Shown: positions 1 through 9,626 of the stretch, piece after piece
Layout: every line of letters starts with the position of its first letter
Numbering within the stretch: the first letter of the stretch is position 1
Assembly (NCBI GenBank): GCA_039096225.1
Contig: JBBPEB010000002.1
Span: 496,001 to 560,000, forward strand
Length of the DNA stretch: 64,000 nucleotides
From: Blastocystis sp. Blastoise
Lineage: Eukaryota; Protista; Bigyra: Opalinata
Reading direction: 5' to 3'
The notes under the pieces: generated by a model
What the model was told of the DNA's origin: nothing
What the model saw: the letters and a program-made list of their open reading frames with translations, nothing else
The model's database searches: none
Position numbers and translations under genes: made by a program

Positions 1-230
1 TTCCCATAAAAATGATTTAAAGAGATTTGATTGGTTAAACTAGAGTGACAATAGGTGTGTCACACTTTTTCATTTCGTTTTCTTTTTCTATATATTATCT
101 ACTTACTACTTTACTTTTTAAAAGTAATAAGTAAAGAAGTAAGAAAACCCCATATATAATAAAAAGTTTGGGTGAGATAAAAAGAGCCAGTTCGGATTTA
201 TTTGATTGGTTGAACGAAATATTGGTTCAT
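1..230 (+). repeat. Left terminal inverted repeat of element 1
   Basis: Blocks TTTGATTGG, TGAC-N9-GTCA, TACTTACTACTTTA, AACCCCATATATA, AAAGAGCCAGTTCGGA, TTTGATTGGTTGAACGAAA recur in reverse complement, same order, at 24271-24502. Confidence 0.85.
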
Positions 231-390
231 TTTTTTCATTTCGTTTTCTTTTTCTATATATTATCTACTTACTTACTACTTTACTTTTTAAAAGTAATAA
301 GTAAAGAAGTAAGAAAACCCCATATATAATAAAAAGTTTGGGTGAGATAAAAAGAGCCAGTTCGGAATCATTTGATTGGATGAACAAAAT
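66..390 (+). repeat. Near-identical ~170-bp tandem duplication inside the left end
   Basis: 66-196 is repeated at ~233-366 with one extra 4-nt TACT/ACTT unit. Confidence 0.9.
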
Positions 391-569
391 GTTTTTCTTG
401 AAATAATTTCAAATAAAAACATTCAATTTGATATCTTTTAAATTTACCCCTGGATTTCTTTTTTCATTATAAAAATTTAATAAATAAAATATACCCCCAT
501 GGTTATAATTTTTTTTATTTTTTTTTAATTTAAAATATTTTTCATTTTTATTTTATTTTTAGAAAAAAA

Positions 570-974
570 ATGAGTGAAAATACTTTAATATTTGGTGAAA
601 AAGAAAAAGACAGGTATTTTGCTATTTATGTTATTTATAAATTATATAGTTTCATTGAAGACCACAATCAAATGAAAAAAGATGCTTGTGATATATTAAG
701 AGCTGACTTAGCAGAGTGTTCATTAGTTAATACAGCCATGAAAGTAACTAATCCCAAAAACAAAGGAGAAAAGTATATATTAAGCAAACAAATGATAGAT
801 TTTTTTGAAAAAGAATACTCTCCAGCAGTTAAAAAGTTAATCGGTTTACTTGAAAAAAGTGATGATAATCTTATTGATATCTATAATAAAAATAAAGAAG
901 ATTTTATTAATTTTGATAAATGTTTTGATAAGATGCTTGATTATCAGTCTAGAATATCGAAATATTTTCATTAA
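570..974 (+). CDS. Hypothetical protein (element 1 terminal region)
   Basis: 134-aa ORF, ATG after A-run, normal composition; no recognised motif. Confidence 0.6.
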   Translation: MSENTLIFGEKEKDRYFAIYVIYKLYSFIEDHNQMKKDACDILRADLAECSLVNTAMKVTNPKNKGEKYILSKQMIDFFEKEYSPAVKKLIGLLEKSDDNLIDIYNKNKEDFINFDKCFDKMLDYQSRISKYFH

Positions 975-1156
975 AAATATTGAATTCCTATTAGTAGTTT
1001 TTTGTTTATTTTTTTAAATTTTTAAACCACTAAAATCGAATATTCTTTTTAAATATCTAAAAAAGAATAATTAGAACTGACTCTATTTAAAAATATATTT
1101 TAATAATTTCACATAATTTATTTATTTTTTAATTTTTTAAAAGTGGATATTTACGA

Positions 1157-1441
1157 ATGGATAAGGAAATTAATAACACCCAGGATGTATGTAAAGATGT
1201 TGAAATGGATTCAGATCATCCTAAAACACCTAAGAAGCCCCGCCAACCCCGTGCAGTCTCAATAATTAAACGTAAAGGTGAAGATATTCAAGTTATTCCT
1301 GATTATTTACTGGTTTTCCTTAAGAATTTTAAAGTTATGCTTGATGATCTGCTAATGAATGATATGACCCAACGTCAGAAAATTGATGAATTATTTGAAA
1401 ATGATGAATCATCAAATTCTAAAAGAAAAAGAACTGCTTAA
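1157..1441 (+). CDS. Hypothetical small protein with basic NLS-like patches
   Basis: 94 aa, PKKPR and KRKR; followed by TGTTTTGTT at ~1476. Confidence 0.6.
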   Translation: MDKEINNTQDVCKDVEMDSDHPKTPKKPRQPRAVSIIKRKGEDIQVIPDYLLVFLKNFKVMLDDLLMNDMTQRQKIDELFENDESSNSKRKRTA

Positions 1442-1715
1442 TTTGTCTTAAAATTATCATTAATTAATAAAATTTTGTTTTGTTTTCTTTAAAACTGTTG
1501 GATAAATATCTTTAAGCCCATAATACACAACTCTATTAATTTTTTATAATAAAATGTAATTTAACCCCTGGATAATAACATTCCAGCCCCTGGATTGTTT
1601 CTCTATTATTTTTTAATAATAAACTTTCAATACCCCCTGGATCACTAAAAACGAAATCTTTTTTATTTTATTATAAATTTATTTTCATATTTATTTATAT
1701 TTATTTGGTGAAAAA

Positions 1716-1952
1716 ATGAAATTTTCGTTACAACACGATTTGATGACTGCCTGCTTAAATATTAAAAGATTGCAGCGTATGATCACAAAGATGCAGGAGG
1801 AAATAGATGATATGGTTGATACTATTGATAGAATTAATGATACTGTTCTAGAAGATTATTTAGAATTAACTGATGAAGATGATGATATTGAAGATCCTCC
1901 AAAATCACCAAGAAGTCCTCGAAGTATGGTCGAAAAAATCTTAAAATTTTAA
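1716..1952 (+). CDS. Hypothetical coiled-coil/acidic protein
   Basis: 78 aa, heptad-like N-half, SPR repeats; followed by TGTTTTGTT at ~2002. Confidence 0.6.
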   Translation: MKFSLQHDLMTACLNIKRLQRMITKMQEEIDDMVDTIDRINDTVLEDYLELTDEDDDIEDPPKSPRSPRSMVEKILKF

Positions 1953-2052
1953 TTCATCTGCTTTTTATTTTTATCATATGAGTTTTAAATATATTCAGTT
2001 TTGTTTTGTTTTGTTTCTAAAACTTCACATAATTATTTTATTCTGATAAAAA

Positions 2053-2988
2053 ATGAGAAATAAAAATTTTGATGCCATTAAGTTAGCAATAATCAAAAGT
2101 ACCAATTGTGCTGGAAGTAAACGTAAATTTGCTATTATTATAGAAAAATATATTGAATATTTGCCTTGGGAAAAATTTAAGCAATTCTTGGAAAATCCTT
2201 ATGCTTTTGCTGATGAATTGGTGAATAAGAAGTTTATTAAGATTCATGAACTGCTGAAATTATCTGAATTAATCTTATATTTAATAAAGGTAAAACACTT
2301 TGAATCTAATTTTTGTGAAGATATTCATAATGATTGGTTAGAATTTAAAGATATTATTAAGAGTGCTTATGAACAATCCCTTCGTGAAAAGAAATCTGCT
2401 AGAATAGAAAATCTTCGAAAAGAATATCCAAATATAGAATCATTGGAATGTAAACGTGATGAATTAGATAAAGATGATATACTTAGAATTATTATTGATT
2501 TATATATATTATGTCCTCCTCAACGTGCTGATTATGGTATATGTTCTATTCAAACACCAGAAACTGTAACTAATAAAATGAGAAATTATATCATTTTTGA
2601 TAAGAATAATGAAACTGCTGAAATTCATCTGAAAGATTATAAGACTTCATATAAATATGAAGAAATTATAATTAAGAATAATGATAAGTTATATGAAGAC
2701 ATGAACTATATGTTAGAAAAAGAACCTGGTAGAGTGTTTATATTTGAAAAGACTCCTGGTAAACCATTTTGTGATGTTAAAGATTATGATAGATATATTA
2801 ATAATCATTTACGTAGATTACATCCAGAATTAACTATTAATGGTTGTCGTTTCTATTATGCTACTACAAATTGTACTTCTTTTTCTTCTTTAAGAGATGA
2901 TTCTGATAGATTAGCTCATACTAAAAGAACTCATATTGGTAGTTATGTATCTTTTACTCAAAGTGATTTATATAAAAAATTAATTTAA
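2053..2988 (+). CDS. Tyrosine recombinase A (PLV-type)
   Basis: PPQRADY (R), DYKT (K), INGCR (R), LAH..THIGSY (H,Y); homolog at 40300-41247. Confidence 0.85.
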   Translation: MRNKNFDAIKLAIIKSTNCAGSKRKFAIIIEKYIEYLPWEKFKQFLENPYAFADELVNKKFIKIHELLKLSELILYLIKVKHFESNFCEDIHNDWLEFKDIIKSAYEQSLREKKSARIENLRKEYPNIESLECKRDELDKDDILRIIIDLYILCPPQRADYGICSIQTPETVTNKMRNYIIFDKNNETAEIHLKDYKTSYKYEEIIIKNNDKLYEDMNYMLEKEPGRVFIFEKTPGKPFCDVKDYDRYINNHLRRLHPELTINGCRFYYATTNCTSFSSLRDDSDRLAHTKRTHIGSYVSFTQSDLYKKLI

Positions 2989-3079
2989 TTATTATTTGTT
3001 TATTTAAAAAAAAAAGTTGTTTAGTTTTAAAAAAATTATTTTATTATAACAAAACACAATAATTATAAAAACATATATA

Positions 3080-3565
3080 TTAATGACAATTATTATTAGA
3101 GAATAAATTAATAGGATTAGGAGAAAAATTATAATTATTTAAGACTTCATTAGTAGACGGCAAGGAGTAGAAATCTTCATGATTTTGTATATCTTTTGGA
3201 ATAGGGATATTAACTTGTTTTTCAAGTTGTGTAGATAAATGAGGCATCGTTTCAGAATTAACAGGATTTGAGATAGGAGACGTGACATTGATTTGATTTT
3301 TTTCTTTGTTTCTTGAGTGTTCTTCAATTTCATAATATAAATTATCTAAAGTATTTTCTAAATATTGTTTTTGTTCAGGATTAGAAATATAAATGATTAA
3401 ATTTCTAATAGAATCTAATTCTCTCTTTTGTATTGGACGAGTATGAAAATTAAGAAATTGTTCAACCAATTTAAAGAAATCATTTCCTTTACATTTACAT
3501 GCATCTAATTGAAGACTTTTAATATTTTTTGAGAATGTTGGCCACGGTAGAGGTTGACGATACAT
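3080..3565 (-). CDS. Conserved hypothetical viral protein
   Basis: LVEQFLN..RNLIIYI..LENTLD aligns with LLEQFLN..RNMLLYI..LEMLLD of 41321-41722, same syntenic slot. Confidence 0.75.
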   Translation of the reverse strand: MYRQPLPWPTFSKNIKSLQLDACKCKGNDFFKLVEQFLNFHTRPIQKRELDSIRNLIIYISNPEQKQYLENTLDNLYYEIEEHSRNKEKNQINVTSPISNPVNSETMPHLSTQLEKQVNIPIPKDIQNHEDFYSLPSTNEVLNNYNFSPNPINLFSNNNCH

Positions 3566-3634
3566 ATTAATTAAAAATTAAATAATTATGATTAATGTTT
3601 TAATCTAATAAAATATATTCGTTTTTATATTCGT

Positions 3635-4204
3635 TTATGTAGGTATGATGGTACCTAAACTAGTTAAATATAATAATGCATAATAGAAACATCCATTAGA
3701 GTTTGAAGCAGTACTTTGGAATTGAATAGGGTTGTATTGAATATTATGTGTCTTAATAAATTGTGGAGAAAATTCTGGAGAATTCCCAAGACTGGAATAG
3801 AATTTCATATGTTCTGGACTTTCATAGATAACAGCTTCAAAATGACCGAAATTAGGGTCATCTTCAGATTGATGAAATAACATATTAAAGTTAGATTTTA
3901 TATTATCAATATTATGTTCAAAATCATTTAAATTATCCCAATATTTCCATGAACCTTTACATTGTGTATTCAGATTTTTCATTGTAGAATCTGCTATATC
4001 ACATGCAACAGGGTCACATGGATTATTTAAATATCCATATTTATATATTTTTGAAATTAAGTTTCTATTAATTATACCAGATAATTGAGCCAATGATTTA
4101 GCTATACTATCCAGAGGTTTAGGCTGACTAGATAATTGTTTATCAGAATAAATTTTTGTATTACAATTTAATTTATCTTGAATAATATCTTCATCAGGGC
4201 TCAC
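3635..4204 (-). CDS. Adenain/Ulp1-like cysteine protease (probably made as a -1 frameshift fusion)
   Basis: GHFEAV..YSSLG..NPIQFQ..NGCFYY (H..Q..C pattern); no ATG at start, frame open back to the A_AAA_AAC site at 4225-4231. Confidence 0.8.
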   Translation of the reverse strand: MSPDEDIIQDKLNCNTKIYSDKQLSSQPKPLDSIAKSLAQLSGIINRNLISKIYKYGYLNNPCDPVACDIADSTMKNLNTQCKGSWKYWDNLNDFEHNIDNIKSNFNMLFHQSEDDPNFGHFEAVIYESPEHMKFYSSLGNSPEFSPQFIKTHNIQYNPIQFQSTASNSNGCFYYALLYLTSLGTIIPT

Positions 4205-4206
4205 TT

Positions 4207-5325
4207 TTAAACCTCTGGTTGGTAGTTTTTTTGTAATCCAGCTCCTTCACCACAACCATTTTGTTGACATTGTCGTTTAGCAGCTTTACATTTTTGCATA
4301 TATTCATAAAAGGCACGACCACATAATTTTCTTGGTTTTTTCAATCCAGAAGCATTATTAGGTTGCATTGCTTCTGCTAATGCTCTTTTCTTTGCTTCTA
4401 TTTCTTGTTCTTGATAAACATTATCTACATTATTATCTAATTTATTATTTTCATTGGCTTTTCTCCAAAATTCAGGTGTGAATATTTTGCCAATTGCACG
4501 TGGAATTGCTGCAATATTATTTCCTAAATTCGTGACACCATCTTTTATTGCATTTGGATTAGTTGCTAATCCTTCAAATGCTTTTGAAGCCGCACCAATA
4601 CCAGCCAACATTGTAAGGAATCCACCACCTTCTTTCCAAAATTTTCCACCACGACGTACAGTACATCCGTTACCACTTGAATCACCTGAAAAATTAATAT
4701 AAGAACACAATTGTCTTTTTGAGGGTCTTTTAATACCACATCCAACTTTATTTAACCCTTTACCACCTAAATTCATGGTACTTGCTATACTTCTTATAAT
4801 TGAAGGTGGAATTAGCATTCCAGCACGAATTCTATGTTTTGACCATTTCTTATAATCTTTCATAGCTTCTTGAGAATAGCCAGCTGCTTTTAATACACCT
4901 TGACCAATTGAATTATATAATTTTGACATTTCTGCTTTATTAAAAGCTAATCCATTTCCATTTTTTGGTTCTAAAGCATCTGATTCTGAAATTACTTTTT
5001 TATTTGTAATTCCACGTCCATTTCTTTGAATACCTATTCTTGTAACTGGATTAGCAACAACCAATGAACCACCAGAATCACCATTATTATCACCAAACAT
5101 TTTATCTCGATTAACATAATTATCAACATTACCATTATTGACTTTTTGTGTTTTTAATTGTCTTGTCTTTGCAACACTATTTTCAGGTATTGCTACCATT
5201 AATGGATTATGCCTTTCAGCATTATTTAATGGTTGTGTAATATAATTTCTATTTTCTTTTCCATGTCCTAAATGAATAATACCTTTATCACCTGGACTTG
5301 GATATTTTAATATAGTTTGTTCCAT
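4207..5325 (-). CDS. Gly/Lys/Arg-rich putative virion core precursor 1
   Basis: Start MEQTILKYPSPG (5325) aligns with MQSCILGMPSPG of 42384-44111; many GG/GxG motifs like adenain cleavage sites. Confidence 0.6.
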   Translation of the reverse strand: MEQTILKYPSPGDKGIIHLGHGKENRNYITQPLNNAERHNPLMVAIPENSVAKTRQLKTQKVNNGNVDNYVNRDKMFGDNNGDSGGSLVVANPVTRIGIQRNGRGITNKKVISESDALEPKNGNGLAFNKAEMSKLYNSIGQGVLKAAGYSQEAMKDYKKWSKHRIRAGMLIPPSIIRSIASTMNLGGKGLNKVGCGIKRPSKRQLCSYINFSGDSSGNGCTVRRGGKFWKEGGGFLTMLAGIGAASKAFEGLATNPNAIKDGVTNLGNNIAAIPRAIGKIFTPEFWRKANENNKLDNNVDNVYQEQEIEAKKRALAEAMQPNNASGLKKPRKLCGRAFYEYMQKCKAAKRQCQQNGCGEGAGLQKNYQPEV

Positions 5326-5359
5326 ATATATATAATAAAAAATAAATAAAAAATAAATA

Positions 5360-6160
5360 TTAAGCAATTTTAATTGTTACATCTGAATATTCATCATAAT
5401 TTTTAATATTAAATTTATTCTTACGAATATATCGTAAAACCTCTTTATAATATACATTATTTCGACCTAATTCAACAAGCATATTCTCATTATCAGATAA
5501 GTATATATGTAATGTTTCAGGAGCAGACTTTAAATAGTTTATTAACTTATTGTTATCAAATATTATAGGTATATATTTATCATACATATTCATATAGGGT
5601 GGGTCCATATAAATAATACCATTTTGTATATTTTTAAGTAAATCATGATAATAATCACCACAAATAAATGAAACAGGCTGAATTAATTCTGAAATTTCTT
5701 TCAAATCATTTTCAGTATAAATAATAGGATTAGTATAATTACCATAACCAACATTAAATTTTCCTTCACGATTTATTCTCCATACACCATGATAACATGT
5801 TTTATTTAAATACAGAAATAATGCAGCACGTTCTATAGAATCTTTACTTTCATTAAATATTGTTCTATATTTATAATAATGTTCACAATCTATTTTATCA
5901 TGAATATTTTTTAAATAATCAACAATAAGTCTATAATCTAATTGGAGTATTTTCCAAAAATTAATTAAATCTGAACACATATCACATGCAAAATATTTTC
6001 GAGTAATATTATTAGTTTTATCAAATTTTAATACATTAATTAATATTGTTCCACCACCTAAGAATGGTTCATAATAATCTAAATTATTATTAAATCGTTC
6101 TTTAATAACAAAATCAGAAACAATATAATCTTTATTTCCAACCCATTTTAATAATGGCAT
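5360..6160 (-). CDS. dam: DNA adenine methyltransferase (Dam/D12 class)
   Basis: LKWVGNK, EPFLGGG (SAM-binding), FLYLNKTCYHG..R.N..G.FN, YMDPPY catalytic motif. Confidence 0.92.
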   Translation of the reverse strand: MPLLKWVGNKDYIVSDFVIKERFNNNLDYYEPFLGGGTILINVLKFDKTNNITRKYFACDMCSDLINFWKILQLDYRLIVDYLKNIHDKIDCEHYYKYRTIFNESKDSIERAALFLYLNKTCYHGVWRINREGKFNVGYGNYTNPIIYTENDLKEISELIQPVSFICGDYYHDLLKNIQNGIIYMDPPYMNMYDKYIPIIFDNNKLINYLKSAPETLHIYLSDNENMLVELGRNNVYYKEVLRYIRKNKFNIKNYDEYSDVTIKIA

Positions 6161-6319
6161 TTTATTTTAAGTTATTAAATTAATTATTTATGTCATTTAA
6201 ATAATCTTTAGAAACAAAACACATAAAAAATATAAAATAATTAATAATTTAACAATATAAGAAAATAAGAAAAATATATATAAAAAATTACATAATAAAT
6301 ACCTTATAAGAAAGAAGAT

Positions 6320-7612
6320 ATGATATTTAAAGAATTATTAATTTCTACTCCATTTATTCCTGATTATTTTGAAAATGATGATGCAATGAAAGCTATACAT
6401 AAATTTGAAGAACATATAAATAGATATGCTGGATTTAATCATGAATATGCTAATTATTTAATGCAAATATTATGTAGTTCTTTCTATTATGATTCTAATA
6501 AAGGGTTTTCTTATTTATTTTATGGACCAGATGGTGCTAACGGAAAAACACTAACAGGTGATTTATTATCTTCGATAATTGGTGATAACCAAGCAATTAC
6601 TGTGAATCCAGGTAATTTTGAATCAAAAGAAACACAACCTAAATTAATTGAAATGAGTAATAAACTTATGTATTACGTAAATGAATTAGATGAAGTATCT
6701 AGTAGTAAATTCAGTAATCCCGTAAATGTATTTAATACTCGAATATTTAAAGAATTAGCTGAAAAGAAATCAGGAGCTTCAGCGAGAAATTTATATTCGA
6801 AATCATATGATTCTATTAATTATACGGGAACATTATTTATTACGTCAAATATTCAACCAGGTTCTCGTAATACTCAACCATTACTTCGTCGTGTTTGTTT
6901 CCTTTACGGTGTTTCTCGATATTATGATAAGGCAGACCGTAACTTATACGAGATTGAATATAAGAATGACGAAAATAATTCGTTAAAAAGAATTATGATA
7001 ATTCCCGAAGATTCAAATATGCCGAAAAGATATAAGCCGAATCATTACCCGATGGACCCTTCGATAAAAGATTATTTCGAAAATTATAAATCCTATATAT
7101 TCTCGTATCTTGTCGATAATTATTTTTATTTAAGTACAAAATTAACGATAGGGAAACTTGATAGTTGTAAAATAATGGCTGAATGTAAATCACAATTTAT
7201 CGAGAAATCCAATAGCTTATACGATATGGATGAATTTGTCGAGAAACAAATATCTGTCGACCCTTATATGTTAAATGTCGTAAGCCTCGATGATTTATTT
7301 AATGCTTATCTTAGTCATACCTTTGATAGAAAATTTACGTTAAAGAAAGATAAAGAGACTTTTCGTAAATCATTTTTTGGTTGTTTACAGAATAAACCAC
7401 AATATATTTGTATCGATATGCATAATTTAGATTTGACACACAAATCCGAATATTATGTTGGTAACCAATTACGTGGAATCCTAGGATTATTAATTAATAA
7501 AAGATACAATGAAAAAGTATTGTTCAGTCATTATTGTGAAATGAATAAAGGACGTATTGGTCATCCTCCTAACGAAGATGGATACTTTAACGGATTTCAA
7601 AATAAAATATAA
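6320..7612 (+). pseudogene. 5'-truncated D5-like SF3 helicase (primase domain missing)
   Basis: YGPDGANGKT Walker A, YVNE, FITSN, LLRR; aligns only with the C-terminal part of 46975-49977. Homology (PYKKED) starts upstream of the ATG and is cut by TAA at 6296-6298. Confidence 0.75.
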
Positions 7613-7744
7613 TAATTATTTTTTTTTAATTTTATTTTTATTCTTTTTATTCGTTTTATTTTATTGTTTAGTTTAAATCATTCAAAATACAATAATTTAT
7701 ATTAACAAAACAATATAAAAATATAATCATTTTTTTTTACAAAT

Positions 7745-9580
7745 TTAACAATAGAATTTACAATTAAAAAAATTATTTTTTTTGTGTGGTATTTTTGTTC
7801 TAAATAATCCTAAACCAATAGAACGTGTAAATAAATGTGTTCTTGGAACACAAATGCCACTACCAATATTTTCATTATTATCATTTTCATTTAAATATCC
7901 AGGATGTTCATTTCTATGAGGTCTTTTATCAGGTACAAGTGGTTCATGACGACATTCCCATTGGTTAATTGCGCTTGCAGCAAATGTTTCTCTGGTTGTT
8001 CGGACTTTATAACGTCTATTTATATCATATTGATTGGTTAATTCATGACATTTTGAAATATATTTTTCATAATATTGTTTATGTTGTAATGTAATATTTT
8101 CAATATCCAATCCTTCTGATTCTTTAGGAACATCATTATTTAAATCAATTAAATTTGGATATTTATTATTTTTTAAATCATCATAATATTGTTGAACTTT
8201 TTCTTTAAATTCATTTAAACCATTTAATGAAGAAATGAATATTGTTGATGAACCAGGTTCTTTACCTAATAATTCAGGTCCAAATACATCTGTATAATCT
8301 TCATGATAAGTATCTAATCTTTGAATAAAACGGTCATAAATTAATTTATCTCTTTCTTTATCATCTTTATCCATCATCATAAATAATGAATCTTCAGTTA
8401 ATGGAATTTGTCTTGTAATATTATCTAATACTTTTATATGTTTTCCACCTTCTAATAAATATGGAGAAATATAATTATTCATATGTGTTGTTTGTGAATG
8501 AAGCATTTTTGAAATACTATTTACAAATACACGAATAGCTTTTCTATGTTCATCTGGATTTCCTGTACCTTCAAGTATTTTCATTTGTCTATAATAATGT
8601 TGTGCAAATAAATGACGAATCATATCACAACCAGTAATTAATTGTTTTTCTTGATTATATTCATTTGTATAATGATATAATTCTCCTAAATGGTCTTTTA
8701 TATAATCACCAAAATTACTATCATTAACTGGACTATCAAGTCTATCTCCGGAAGTAAATAAATAATTACGGGGACATAAACGTAATGACCTAGCTAAAAC
8801 ATTCATTAATTCTTCAGTTATATATTGTAATGTAGGATATAAGTTATAACCAATTTCAAATTTATTTTTAGTATCATTTACGTGTATAGTTAATGTATTT
8901 AAATCAATATAATTTGTACTTTTACGTAAAGTTAATGGGATTACATCACCTCTTCTATATATTCGACATATACCATAATCATTTCTACAACATAGACAAT
9001 CATAACATAATACTAATAAATATGAATTAACATAAAATAAATCATTTGGATGTTCAATGTAATTCTGTTTACAACGTTGTATTAATTGACCCCAATCACA
9101 TTTTGCACTAATAATTTTATTTGTATATTCTTTATGACGAAGATTTGTTGCATCAACATTTAAAGAACCAAAATGTTGAGTCCACTTTTTAATATTTTTA
9201 TTACTAAATACAGAATGTCTTAATATATCATTATCATCTGTACATAATTCAATATTTTTCATTATATAAGTAAACATTTGCATATAATTTGATATTGTTG
9301 TAACTGACAAACCTCCTTGTTGTCCACGTGCAGATGTAGGTAAATTCATTAATGTTTCTTGAAATGCTTCAGGATTCCCAAGAATTTCAATACATAAATA
9401 TGTTTTGGGGTCTAAAGTTCCTTCTTCAATACCTTGTTGCATTTTTACAGATATATTATGTATCCAATTTTTCCAATTAATACTAGTTGATTCTTGTATC
9501 TTTCTAAAATGTCTTAATTGATTAACACACATTACAAAAAAATCTTCACATTCTTGTGGAGAATCACCACGTGATTGCAT
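7745..9580 (-). CDS. Tyrosine recombinase B (large, with N- and C-terminal extensions)
   Basis: CCRNDY (R), NDTKN (K), DMIRH (R), MLHSQTTHMNNY (H,Y); homolog at 50023-51819. Confidence 0.8.
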   Translation of the reverse strand: MQSRGDSPQECEDFFVMCVNQLRHFRKIQESTSINWKNWIHNISVKMQQGIEEGTLDPKTYLCIEILGNPEAFQETLMNLPTSARGQQGGLSVTTISNYMQMFTYIMKNIELCTDDNDILRHSVFSNKNIKKWTQHFGSLNVDATNLRHKEYTNKIISAKCDWGQLIQRCKQNYIEHPNDLFYVNSYLLVLCYDCLCCRNDYGICRIYRRGDVIPLTLRKSTNYIDLNTLTIHVNDTKNKFEIGYNLYPTLQYITEELMNVLARSLRLCPRNYLFTSGDRLDSPVNDSNFGDYIKDHLGELYHYTNEYNQEKQLITGCDMIRHLFAQHYYRQMKILEGTGNPDEHRKAIRVFVNSISKMLHSQTTHMNNYISPYLLEGGKHIKVLDNITRQIPLTEDSLFMMMDKDDKERDKLIYDRFIQRLDTYHEDYTDVFGPELLGKEPGSSTIFISSLNGLNEFKEKVQQYYDDLKNNKYPNLIDLNNDVPKESEGLDIENITLQHKQYYEKYISKCHELTNQYDINRRYKVRTTRETFAASAINQWECRHEPLVPDKRPHRNEHPGYLNENDNNENIGSGICVPRTHLFTRSIGLGLFRTKIPHKKNNFFNCKFYC

Positions 9581-9626
9581 TTTATTTTATTTTATATAAT
9601 AAAAGTAATTTTTTTTAAAATTAATT

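Larger units (their letters stand above)
447..1642 (+). promoter_or_regulatory. Dispersed CCCCTGGAT motifs upstream of ORFs 570 and 1716
   Basis: Copies at 447, 1565, 1587, 1634 and a variant (CCCCCATGG) at 494, all intergenic in very AT-rich DNA. Confidence 0.5.
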
